Positions 27,366-35,845 of a DNA stretch of 43,734 nt are shown in pieces; the first letter of the stretch is position 1; each line of letters starts with the position of its first letter. The notes below the pieces were generated by a model. That model was given only the letters and a program-made list of their open reading frames with translations, was not told where the DNA came from and searched no databases. The translations under genes and the position numbers were made by a program. This stretch comes from Candidatus Cloacimonadota bacterium (lineage in GTDB: Bacteria; Cloacimonadota; Cloacimonadia; Cloacimonadales; Cloacimonadaceae): positions 1 through 43,734 of the forward strand of contig JALNYD010000001.1 of NCBI GenBank assembly GCA_023230025.1, given 5' to 3'.

Positions 27366-29465
27366 TTATTCTCCAATAATTTCGTTTTCAACTACGATTA
27401 GGCTCAGATCAGCGACCCTCAGAAATTCTGCCCGAACTCGCTCCAACAGAGCATAACGGTTTGCCCGTAAGCCAGTATCTTCACAATTGACCAGTACATC
27501 GTCAAAAAACCTATCGATTATTTTGCCAAAGTTTACCAGCTTCTGTAAAGCCAGGACGTAATCCAGATGCTTCAAGCTTTGGGATACTTCCTGGTGCAGG
27601 CTCTGTAGTCCATTGAATAGGTCCTGCTCTGCCCCACTCTCCAGCTTATCAGGATCGAGTTCGGCAAAGCTGCTGGTGCCGGCAATAATGTTTGCGGCCC
27701 GCTTGAACCCAATCACCAGATGAATGAAGCTTTCGTCTTTTTTAAGGGCGTCAAGGGCACGGGCACGGGCAATCAGATCATCCAGAGAGCGATATTTAGT
27801 GTGCATCACTGCGGAAACAACGTCATAGGCTATGCCAAATTCCTTTAGCAACCATGCCACTCGTTGAGCAAAGAAGGATGTGATATTGCTCTGTGCGTCT
27901 TCACAGAGCTGCACAGTTACCTTCAGTAGCCCAAGGCAATAATCAATCAATTCCCACAAATCCAGATTCCATTTTCTATCTGCCATTATCTGCACTACTC
28001 CGCTGGCTGCCCGTCTCAGGGCAAATGGATCAGCTGAACCGGTGGGCATCATTCCCACTCCGATTATCCCAATGACGGTATCCAGCTTGTCTGCTACGGC
28101 ACAGATTGCCCCACTCAGACTCCCAGGTAGAGAATCGTTGCTACCCCGGGGCATGTAGTGTTCATAAATCCCTTCTGCCACTTCTTCATCTTCCCCAGAA
28201 GCCAGGGCATATTGCTTGCCCATATAGCCCTGAAGTTTGGTGAACTCTTTTTCCCCCAGCATCAAGGTCACCAAATCCGCTTTACAAAGCAAGGCAGTTC
28301 GCATTGCCCGTTGCTCTGCATCGGGACTGAGGGCAAGCTTTTGGGCGATGAAAGTGCTGATCTTCTGCAGTCGCTCTGTTTTCTCCGCCAAAGTACCCAA
28401 TTTTGATTGAAATACTACGTCCTTCAATCCGCCAACATAGCTTTCCAGGGAATGTTTACAATCCTCGGAATAAAACCACATGGCATCTTCCAACCTCGCC
28501 CGTACCACCTTTTCGTTGCCGGAACGGATCATAGCGGAATGATCAGGATCTCCATTGCTGATAAACACAAACCTGTTGCTGAGCTTGCCTTGAGCATCAT
28601 ATACTGAGAAATACTTCTGATTCTGACTGATGGTGGAGCTAATGATCTTCTCTGGCAGATCGAGGAAGTGTTCAGGAAAACTGCCCACAACTGCTGTGGG
28701 ATATTCAATCAGATTGTTCACGGTATCGAGCAAGCGCGAGTCTTCGCCCACTACCAGTGAATCTTCGGCAAAAAGCTGTTGCATTTGCTCCATGATCATT
28801 GTTTTACGCAATCTGTGATCCACCACCACCCGAGCTTCCATCAGGGACTGCTCATAGGAAGCACAATCCTGAATCAAAATGGGCTGATCCAACCCTAAAT
28901 AGCGATTCCCATAGCTCAGCCGGGAAGCTTTGATCCCGAAATAATCCAGTTCGATCTCCTCATTATCCCATAGGGCTAGAATCCAGCGTATAGGTCGGGA
29001 AAATGCTAGATCATGCTTTTCCCAAATCATCTTTTTAGGTAACGGGATTTGCCCGATGGTGCCAGGAATCCAGGTTTGTAACAATTCCAGAATGCTTTTA
29101 CCCTTTTGAGTAAAGCGAACTGCCAGAAAGTCTCCCTTGCCGTTATGTTCGATGAAGGTATCTTCCCTGGTAGCTCCTAACTTCTTTAAAAACCCGTTTC
29201 CAGCTGGACTTAACTCACCTTCTGCATTGAAGGCAATACTAACGGCTGGACCTGTTTTCAGGATCTCCTGATCCGTCTGTTTTTCTGGTAAACCCTCAGC
29301 CATCAGGCTAAGGCGGCGGGGGGTGCAAGTGGATTTTACCCGCCCACTTTCGATATTGTATTCCTGAAGCATTTTACGAAATGAGTTTTCGATGGATTCC
29401 AGAGCCGGCAGGATTACATTATCCGGCAATTCTTCAGTTCCAAGTTCAAATAAAAACGAATGCAA
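27366..29465 (-). CDS. glyS: Glycine--tRNA ligase beta subunit
   Basis: 'FLFELGTEELP' N-terminus, 'RPIRWILAL', 'GSADPFALRRAA', 699 aa. The stop directly abuts the pta ATG. Confidence 0.9.
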   Translation of the reverse strand: MHSFLFELGTEELPDNVILPALESIENSFRKMLQEYNIESGRVKSTCTPRRLSLMAEGLPEKQTDQEILKTGPAVSIAFNAEGELSPAGNGFLKKLGATREDTFIEHNGKGDFLAVRFTQKGKSILELLQTWIPGTIGQIPLPKKMIWEKHDLAFSRPIRWILALWDNEEIELDYFGIKASRLSYGNRYLGLDQPILIQDCASYEQSLMEARVVVDHRLRKTMIMEQMQQLFAEDSLVVGEDSRLLDTVNNLIEYPTAVVGSFPEHFLDLPEKIISSTISQNQKYFSVYDAQGKLSNRFVFISNGDPDHSAMIRSGNEKVVRARLEDAMWFYSEDCKHSLESYVGGLKDVVFQSKLGTLAEKTERLQKISTFIAQKLALSPDAEQRAMRTALLCKADLVTLMLGEKEFTKLQGYMGKQYALASGEDEEVAEGIYEHYMPRGSNDSLPGSLSGAICAVADKLDTVIGIIGVGMMPTGSADPFALRRAASGVVQIMADRKWNLDLWELIDYCLGLLKVTVQLCEDAQSNITSFFAQRVAWLLKEFGIAYDVVSAVMHTKYRSLDDLIARARALDALKKDESFIHLVIGFKRAANIIAGTSSFAELDPDKLESGAEQDLFNGLQSLHQEVSQSLKHLDYVLALQKLVNFGKIIDRFFDDVLVNCEDTGLRANRYALLERVRAEFLRVADLSLIVVENEIIGE

Positions 29466-29481
29466 GTATGGATTCCTTTCT

Positions 29482-30435
29482 TTAATAGTTATAACGAAGC
29501 GTCAATTGATTGGTGATCCCTAAATCTCCATAGGAAGCAACAGCATAGTCCACCACAAAATCTTTCACATTCCAGCCCAGCCCCAGGGACAAACCACTGG
29601 TGAAAGCCATAGCCCCTCCCATATAGTAATCTCCAGCGTTGCTGCGGAATCCACCCCGAAGGCTCAAGGCAGGATTTAAACGATAATCAAGTCCCAACCT
29701 GGCCACAAAATTCTCCGCACTGGCTTTACTGAGATCCAATGCCCCTAACAATTCTTCAGTCATCTGCATGGAAATCCCAGCGCTATATACAGAGGGTAAC
29801 TTCTCGGAATGCTTGGTGCTGCTGTAATGTGAGGTTTGGAACCCGATATTGCGGGCACTAAGACCTACCTTGATCTTTTCATTGACGGTATGATGCAAAA
29901 TGCCCACATCAATCATCAGTGCCGAGGCTGATGCGTCGTCTATACTGTCAAAAGTGAACTTAAGGGATGCTCCCAAATCCAGAGCGGGGCTGATAAAGCG
30001 AGCTGTGGTCAATGAGGCAGTAAGGTTGTTAGCGCCAAAAGTCTCCCCAGTTTCGATCAGCTCGCCAGTGGGGCTGATTTCGGTGCGGTCAATGCTGCCG
30101 CTATTCCAATAGCGTAAACTAGCCCCATAGGCAACAAAGCGGTTTTTGGGATAGACATAGTTGATGCTGCCCCCGGCACTGCCCACCAGATGATCCATAA
30201 AGGTTGTGGACACACTGTGGCTTCCTGCTTCAAGGATTGCGGCAGGATTGAAGGTGAGGGCATCCGGGTTTTTGGGAATCCCGTTAACAGCACCACCCAT
30301 AGCGGTACTGCGGGCATTGTAAAAAAGCTTCAAGGTATCAAAACCAGTGGTTCCGGCGTTCTCATTTTGAGCTGCCAATGGCAACAGACTAATCAGCCAG
30401 AGACTTGCCAATAATGTTTTCAATCTCATGCACAT
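29482..30435 (-). CDS. PorQ/PorV-like outer-membrane beta-barrel
   Basis: Signal peptide (M)RLKTLLASLWLISLLPLAAQ. 'NARSTAMGGAVNGIPKNPDALTFNPAAIL' resembles the PorV/PorQ signature. C-terminus '...NQLTLRYNY'. The start may be ATG 30435 or 30429. Confidence 0.6.
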   Translation of the reverse strand: MCMRLKTLLASLWLISLLPLAAQNENAGTTGFDTLKLFYNARSTAMGGAVNGIPKNPDALTFNPAAILEAGSHSVSTTFMDHLVGSAGGSINYVYPKNRFVAYGASLRYWNSGSIDRTEISPTGELIETGETFGANNLTASLTTARFISPALDLGASLKFTFDSIDDASASALMIDVGILHHTVNEKIKVGLSARNIGFQTSHYSSTKHSEKLPSVYSAGISMQMTEELLGALDLSKASAENFVARLGLDYRLNPALSLRGGFRSNAGDYYMGGAMAFTSGLSLGLGWNVKDFVVDYAVASYGDLGITNQLTLRYNY

Positions 30436-30862
30436 AATTATATAATTCCCTATCTGTGGTTGCCCTAAGCAGGACAGCCCGGTTTTGATCCTGCCGCAGA
30501 TGTTCGGATAAGCTGCGCAGAATTTGCATATACTGGTGATTTGAACTTTGCGGAACTGCGATCATAAACACCAGATTCACAGGTTGATTATCCACTGAAT
30601 TGAAATCAAGAGGATTGTCCAATTTACATACGGCTATTTTCAGACAGTTCACCGTGAGATCCCTGGCATGCGGTATGGCAATGCCACGCCCAATGCCAGT
30701 GCTCATAATCTCTTCTCTTCCCTTAACGGCTGCAAGATAGCGATCCGGAAAGCTGAGGCATCCGCTCTCGGAAAGCAATTCTGTCATGTAATTCAGGCAA
30801 TCGCCTTTGGATTCGAATCTTTCTACGATTCTGGCCAATTCTGGCTTGAAAAGTGTGCTCAT
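30389..30862 (-). CDS. PTS EIIA type-2 (PtsN/nitrogen-regulatory-like) protein
   Basis: 'MSTGIGRGIAIPHAR' contains the phospho-acceptor His motif. Length 157 aa. Confidence 0.8.
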   Translation of the reverse strand: MSTLFKPELARIVERFESKGDCLNYMTELLSESGCLSFPDRYLAAVKGREEIMSTGIGRGIAIPHARDLTVNCLKIAVCKLDNPLDFNSVDNQPVNLVFMIAVPQSSNHQYMQILRSLSEHLRQDQNRAVLLRATTDRELYNYVHEIENIIGKSLAD

Positions 30863-30915
30863 CTTCTACCCAATTTTCGTTGTGAATTGCATTGTTTTTT
30901 TTCCCCCATATAGCG

Positions 30916-32121
30916 TCAATCAATTTTTGTTGAGAGCAGCAGACTAAAGGTGCTGCCATGATTGAGCTTGCTTTCAACCTGAATCTCGGCTCCGATCAAC
31001 TCCGCGAAATTCTTTACCAAAATCAAACCCAGGCCACTACCGGCTTCATTTGCAGTGCCATATTGACGCAGATCGTTGTCGATGCGAAATATCTTCTGTA
31101 AGTGCCTGCGGGAAATCCCCACTCCATTATCCACTACCGATATCTCAGCCTGGCCATCCAGTTTCTTCAGCGTTATCTGGATACTGCTCTTGGGATATGA
31201 ATATTTCAAGGCATTGGATATCAGATTGCGTAATATTGAGGATAACAACCGCAGATCACACTCCACCATGATATCCTGTTCTTGCTCAACTTCCAGGAAT
31301 ATCCCCTTTTGGGAGGCGGCTTTTGCATAATGCTCAACAGCATAGCTGATAGCTTTTCTAAGTGACACAAACTCCTTTTGACAGCTAACTCTACCAGTCT
31401 GTAATCTTGCCCAGTCCAGCAGATTTTCCAATAATGTATAGATACCCCGGGCAGCCGAATTTACCTGTAACATGGCATCTTCGATCTCCCTGCGGTCAAA
31501 ACTCTGATAATTCTCACTGATGAACTCCGAGAGGGAGATTATCGCATATACAGGATTCTGCAAATCGTGAGCCAGCAAAGTGAAGAAGCGATCCTTGGTG
31601 GCATTTAACTCCACCAAATCCTGAGCTGCTTTCTTGAGCTCGTCCTCCGCCTTTCGCCGCCCCGAAACATCAATGATGAATCCATCCAGATACACAGGGT
31701 AATTATGTTGATCATAGATGGCGTTCCCGCGCTCCCATACCCACTTGATTTCGCCAGACTTGGTCATAATCCGGTATTCCATCTGATAGCTACGACGCTG
31801 CTTTACCGCCAGTTCGATTGTTCTGCGAACCATGTCCCGATCTTCTTCGTGGGTTATCTCTTCATAATTTCTATCACCACCCTCCAGAAGCTCGCTAACA
31901 CCATATCCAGTGAGCTCCTGAGAGCCTTCCGATAGAAACAACATGGACCACACATCATCAAAACGGCAACGATAGGCCATCCCCGGCAGGTTGTGCATCA
32001 AATTTGGCAGCAACTCCGGAGAAATGCCTTGCAAAGCGCCATTTGCATTGGCTTCTCTGAGCTTGATATTATCCGATCTATCCTTAATCTCCATAATTTT
32101 GCAACATGGAGAATTATCCAA
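30916..32121 (-). CDS. PAS-domain sensor histidine kinase
   Basis: PAS block ('GMAYRC...LFLSEGSQELTGY...EYRIMTKSGEIKWVWERG'). H-box 'LLAHDLQNPV', N-box 'LISNALKYS', G1 'DNGVGI', G2 'GSGLGL'. No TM helix is seen. The start may be M1 or M10. Confidence 0.85.
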   Translation of the reverse strand: MDNSPCCKIMEIKDRSDNIKLREANANGALQGISPELLPNLMHNLPGMAYRCRFDDVWSMLFLSEGSQELTGYGVSELLEGGDRNYEEITHEEDRDMVRRTIELAVKQRRSYQMEYRIMTKSGEIKWVWERGNAIYDQHNYPVYLDGFIIDVSGRRKAEDELKKAAQDLVELNATKDRFFTLLAHDLQNPVYAIISLSEFISENYQSFDRREIEDAMLQVNSAARGIYTLLENLLDWARLQTGRVSCQKEFVSLRKAISYAVEHYAKAASQKGIFLEVEQEQDIMVECDLRLLSSILRNLISNALKYSYPKSSIQITLKKLDGQAEISVVDNGVGISRRHLQKIFRIDNDLRQYGTANEAGSGLGLILVKNFAELIGAEIQVESKLNHGSTFSLLLSTKID

Positions 32122-32236
32122 AAGATGTCAAGCCTGTTTTTTTCCCTCAACGCTGGATCCTCCCTATATGCCTGCTAACGAGATGAAGCAAATCCGTGCT
32201 TAATCGTTAAAGCGATCGAGTTTCTAAGAGGACAAT

Positions 32237-32368
32237 ATGAATATCCGAAGTGTAAAGGCAGAAGACCTCGAAGGCATTGCTGCATGCCACATCCAAAGCT
32301 GGCGTGAGACCTATCCCGGCATTATGCCCCAGGAAAAGCTCGATGCCCAGCCCTTTCATCCCCGTTGA
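32237..32368 (+). pseudogene. Truncated GNAT N-acetyltransferase (first ~38 residues, then a premature stop)
   Basis: AAGAGGA RBS 5 nt upstream. 'MNIRSVKAEDLEGIAACHIQSWRETYPGIMPQEKLDA' is a typical GNAT N-terminus (beta1-alpha1-alpha2). The frame stops after 43 codons and no downstream continuation is found. Confidence 0.65.
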
Positions 32369-32376
32369 TTGTGCTA

Positions 32377-32428
32377 AGGATGCGGTCACGATGCGCTCAC
32401 TAAAGTGACCACAAAGTGACCGCATCCT
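32377..32428. repeat. 13-bp perfect inverted repeat immediately after the GNAT truncation point
   Basis: aggatgcggtcac (32377-32389) pairs with gtgaccgcatcct (32416-32428), with a 26-nt spacer that contains two further GTGACC copies. Confidence 0.8.
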
Positions 32429-32785
32429 CACGATATGTAAGTAGGAACGGGGATCGTTGACCTTTACCGTGCTCCTTCCCGTTGCGGTAATGTGGTTTAC
32501 TGAGAAATAATACTTGACATTGATCAACAAGATGAAAATCTTGCAATCAGTAACTAGGTCATGCATGAAATTTGCGCAACGAAGGAGCTAAGATGCCCGC
32601 AAACAACCAGAGAGACTATGAGTTGGAATTTTCTTCCACACGTGGGACTCCATGAGGAACAAACATGATATATGGATTTGTGATGCAATTCCCACTATGC
32701 CAATAGATTACAATCCAGCTATGTTGAGAGGTTCATTATATCACGATATCTAGAACTTGATAAAACATCAATCAGATCAAATGAT

Positions 32786-33124
32786 ATGCTCGCAGATGGA
32801 TACCCTGGTCATCCATTTGTATGGGATGAAGAGCATAGATTTGAAATCCGCTGTGAACTGGATGCCCTCTATTTCCACCTTTACTTAGGTACCCAGAGCG
32901 ATTGGGGATGTAGTAGCAGGCGCTCGCCTGAAGCACCGCAAAGTAACGGCTCTCATCTAAGCTTGGAAAACGGCGGGGCAGCGTCCGCCGCTACCACTCA
33001 TCACTCACCTCGTACCACTTACTTCAAAACTCCCCGCCATCTGGCCACCTCCCCATCTGGCCACTTACCGCTTACTACTAACCATTCACCATTGGATCCC
33101 CCTCCGGGGACCACCCGGCGATAA
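32786..33124 (+). pseudogene. C-terminal remnant of a large fused restriction/N6-methyltransferase-type (type IIG-like) enzyme
   Basis: 'PFVWDEEHRFEIRCELDALYFHLY' matches a conserved C-terminal block that I recall from such enzymes. The terminal 'LDPPPG' also fits. The several-hundred-residue N-terminal body is absent and the middle is low-complexity P/S/T/H. Confidence 0.45.
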
Positions 33125-33240
33125 AGATTGCAGCTGGATCCCCTTGGAGCAATGGGATAAGAACAATTGGCCTAAACATATACAGCAGATAAACAAAGAA
33201 CATATGAATAGCAATGAGTAAACCAAAAAAGGAGGTAAGA

Positions 33241-34464
33241 ATGGCTTATAATGCTAAAGTGATCAGAATATTCATTACATCTCCAGGAGATGTACAGAAA
33301 GAAAGAGGTTTAACTAGGGAAACTATACATGAATGGAATATGTTAAACTCCGTGGCAAGAGGAATTATCTTGTTGCCAGTAGGTTGGGAAACAGATTCTG
33401 TGTCGAGTTATGGTGCACCTCCACAAGATGATATTAATATGAAACTTCTCAAATCGTGCGACTTACTGATAGGGGTGTTTTGGTCGAAACTGGGTACTCC
33501 AACTGATCAATATCCAAGTGGGTCAGTGGAGGAGATCGAACTCCATGCTTCACAAGGTAAGCAGATAATGTTGTTCTTTTCCAAAGCAGCAATACCGCAA
33601 AGCTTAATTGATGAAAAGCAATTGGCTGCCCTTAGGAAGTTTAGAAAATCCATCAATGGGAAATGCCTTTACAAGGAATATGAGGATTCAGATAAGTTTA
33701 AGGAATTGTTATCAGTTCAGTTAAGTGCTAAGCTTCAAGAAAGCTGGGTCTTAGCTGACAATACTCTTGCGAACCCAATCGCTGAAACCATACAAGATAC
33801 AGTTAAAGCCACTGATATTGTTAAATTTAACATTACGAAATGGAGCGAGTTTCTTAATCTTCAAATAATGTCTGATTGGATTTCCTGCTTAACAACTGCA
33901 TCTCCATATATATCGGTACCAATTTATGAGCAACTTGAGAAATTGACACAATGGATTCTTACACGTGATTGGAAACCTGAACATACTTTGTATTCCGATT
34001 CATTTTACAAATTCAGACTGATCCTTAGAGATTTGCTTGATGTCATTATGAGTAGTTCCGATGTAACTGATCGTGAAATCTATAGAGTTGAAAAGAGGTA
34101 TAACAATATAGAATGGAATCCTGATAAGTACGAAAAATTAGCCAATGACTACAACTTTCGAGTTGAACTTATCCAAGACCTTGCTTCTGAGCTTTGCAGA
34201 GCAACCAATTTCATCCTGGATATGTACCGTAGAGACATTGATCCCATGTTTTATATAGATACTGGGAGGATTTATATAACGACAGGGATGCATGAAGACT
34301 TAAGGTACCATTTTCATGTTGTTCGTTTCAGAGATGAGGATACGACTATTCCTTACAGCAACCTCAACCAATTCAAGATCGAACGCAAGAATCGGGATAT
34401 CAGTATGGGAAGAGGCATATCTTGCACCGATCCCGAGTTTCTTGAGTGGAATAATAGATGCTAA
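33241..34464 (+). CDS. DUF4062/TIR-like (nucleoside-2-deoxyribosyltransferase-like Rossmannoid) N-domain protein with an unassigned ~240-aa C-terminal domain; candidate defence sensor/enzyme
   Basis: AGGAGG RBS 5-6 nt before ATG 33241. N-domain pattern: 'IRIFITSPGDVQKER...LLPVGWE...CDLLIGVFWSKLGTPT...SGSVEEIELHASQGKQIMLFF'. The C-terminal half has no motif I recognise. The segment is AT-rich. Confidence 0.55.
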   Translation: MAYNAKVIRIFITSPGDVQKERGLTRETIHEWNMLNSVARGIILLPVGWETDSVSSYGAPPQDDINMKLLKSCDLLIGVFWSKLGTPTDQYPSGSVEEIELHASQGKQIMLFFSKAAIPQSLIDEKQLAALRKFRKSINGKCLYKEYEDSDKFKELLSVQLSAKLQESWVLADNTLANPIAETIQDTVKATDIVKFNITKWSEFLNLQIMSDWISCLTTASPYISVPIYEQLEKLTQWILTRDWKPEHTLYSDSFYKFRLILRDLLDVIMSSSDVTDREIYRVEKRYNNIEWNPDKYEKLANDYNFRVELIQDLASELCRATNFILDMYRRDIDPMFYIDTGRIYITTGMHEDLRYHFHVVRFRDEDTTIPYSNLNQFKIERKNRDISMGRGISCTDPEFLEWNNRC

Positions 34465-34485
34465 GATAATTGTTGAGATTTTATT

Positions 34486-35319
34486 ATGGATTGGAATTGG
34501 TTTTTTTCATCTTTAGCTCAAAGTGGTGCAGCGCTAATTGGGATTATTGGAGCATTTCTAATCTCGAGAGTACTTAGCGAGAAAGATTTAAGTAACAGAA
34601 TTCTCTACGAATTTCGTGATATTGCATTCAAGAGGACGAATGTTCTAAATGACATTGATAATATACCCTTCGTATGGTACAATAGAAACACTATTCTTCA
34701 AAGCCAGGAATTCTGGGATAAGCTATTACAACTTGAGAGTGATAGCGGCGATGATCCCGAGACAATTGCTACAGAATGTCTATCGGGAGTATATGGATTA
34801 TACGATAGTCCCGATAATCTTAACTTTGCCACAAGACTAGTCCTAAGAAACAAGTCAATAGATGAGTATGAATATTCCGGCTGTTACTCTCCAATTTGTT
34901 CTGTTAGCTCCGATCAGATCGATAACATCCATAAGAACATTGAGAATTTAAGACATGAATGTAAAGTACTAATAAGAAAGTATGGGCTTATAAAGAATGA
35001 CATCAGTGGGTCGATAAAAAGGCTAAGAACTGTCAATGGAATAGTTATTCTGCTACTTTTTGGTTCATTAACATCAGTTTGTATACCCATAATGATGCTA
35101 CCAATGGAGATATCGGAATTGGGATTATTCGAGGCATTTTCATACAATTCATTATGGGCAAGAGGATCATTTGTAGGTGCATTATTCATTATAATTGTAA
35201 TCCTCTGTGTTATTCTTATGGCATCATTAAGAAAAGTACAAAAGAACTATATGAGAATTCTGAGAAAAATATCTGATAAGCACCTTAAGCTAAGTGGTTA
35301 TTGTAAATACTTCGATTAG
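34486..35319 (+). CDS. Three-TM membrane protein; candidate effector partner of the upstream gene
   Basis: It starts 21 nt after the upstream stop. TM1 is 'LAQSGAALIGIIGAFLISRVL'. A C-terminal TM hairpin is formed by 'GIVILLLFGSLTSVCIPIMMLPM' and 'GSFVGALFIIIVILCVILMASL', followed by a basic tail. It shares the AT-rich composition of its neighbour. Confidence 0.6.
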   Translation: MDWNWFFSSLAQSGAALIGIIGAFLISRVLSEKDLSNRILYEFRDIAFKRTNVLNDIDNIPFVWYNRNTILQSQEFWDKLLQLESDSGDDPETIATECLSGVYGLYDSPDNLNFATRLVLRNKSIDEYEYSGCYSPICSVSSDQIDNIHKNIENLRHECKVLIRKYGLIKNDISGSIKRLRTVNGIVILLLFGSLTSVCIPIMMLPMEISELGLFEAFSYNSLWARGSFVGALFIIIVILCVILMASLRKVQKNYMRILRKISDKHLKLSGYCKYFD

Positions 35320-35335
35320 TATTAGCGATAGGGTA

Positions 35336-35395
35336 TTGACAAATCAGTGTCACAACCTGCCAAACTCGAGTCATGATTTGACAAATGAGTGTCAC
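35336..35395. promoter_or_regulatory. Two tandem TGACA-N6-TGTCA palindromes (operator-like)
   Basis: tgaca-aatcag-tgtca (35337-35352) and tgaca-aatgag-tgtca (35379-35394). The second sits in a 28-nt block that recurs at 40349-40377. Confidence 0.5.
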
Positions 35396-35439
35396 AAACT
35401 GAGGGCTTTTCCGCTGTTTTGTCAAAAGGCTGTTACAAC

Positions 35440-35668
35440 GTGACACCCCAAATGTCATATAGCCATCACTGTGAAAAACAGGCATAAACCTTTATCCGGT
35501 GCAGAGATGCATATGACTGCTTTCGGAAACGTGTCACAGTGGTTTTAGACTTCCTAGGACTGGTTTATGACAGCTTTGTGTCAAAGATGGACTGATTTCA
35601 GACTGGTTCGGAACTGCCTGAATCTCAACGAAATAGACCAGATGGAAAGACTCGCAGTGTGAGTGGAA
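35440..35668. repeat. Copy A of a ~227-bp direct repeat
   Basis: By hand alignment to 37731-37957 I count 19 mismatches over the 177-nt core (~89% identity). Contains TGACA-N7-TGTCA (35441-35457) and TGACA-N6-TGTCA (35568-35583). Confidence 0.85.
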
Positions 35669-35845
35669 CACCCCGACAAGCATATCAAACCTCAGTCTAA
35701 ATGGAGTCTTTATACGGATTAGATTTATCGATGGCGAACAGATTAGTTCTGGCTTGTCTTAATGTTACGTTATGCCAGCCCTTCTGAGGTTGAGGTATCT
35801 TATCCTGGGAGTTAAATTTCTATCACATTGACACATTGAGCAAAT

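Noticed and set aside
11514-27456. Numerous 60-165-aa ORFs antisense to or out of frame within large genes (for example 12699-13193, 16899-17360, 24604-25104, 25687-26175, 26393-26884)
   Set aside because: Each is fully embedded in a longer ORF that has clear family motifs. None has its own RBS or a recognisable domain. They are typical shadow ORFs.
32207-32566. 119-aa minus-strand ORF
   Set aside because: It is antisense to the GNAT fragment and runs across the inverted repeat. It has no RBS and no recognisable fold pattern, so it is a shadow ORF.
35285-35485. 66-aa minus-strand ORF (MPVFHSDGY...)
   Set aside because: Its internal 'FVTLICQI/VVTLICQY' repetition is just the translated TGACA-N6-TGTCA DNA repeats. 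It also overlaps the 3-prime end of the TM-protein gene.
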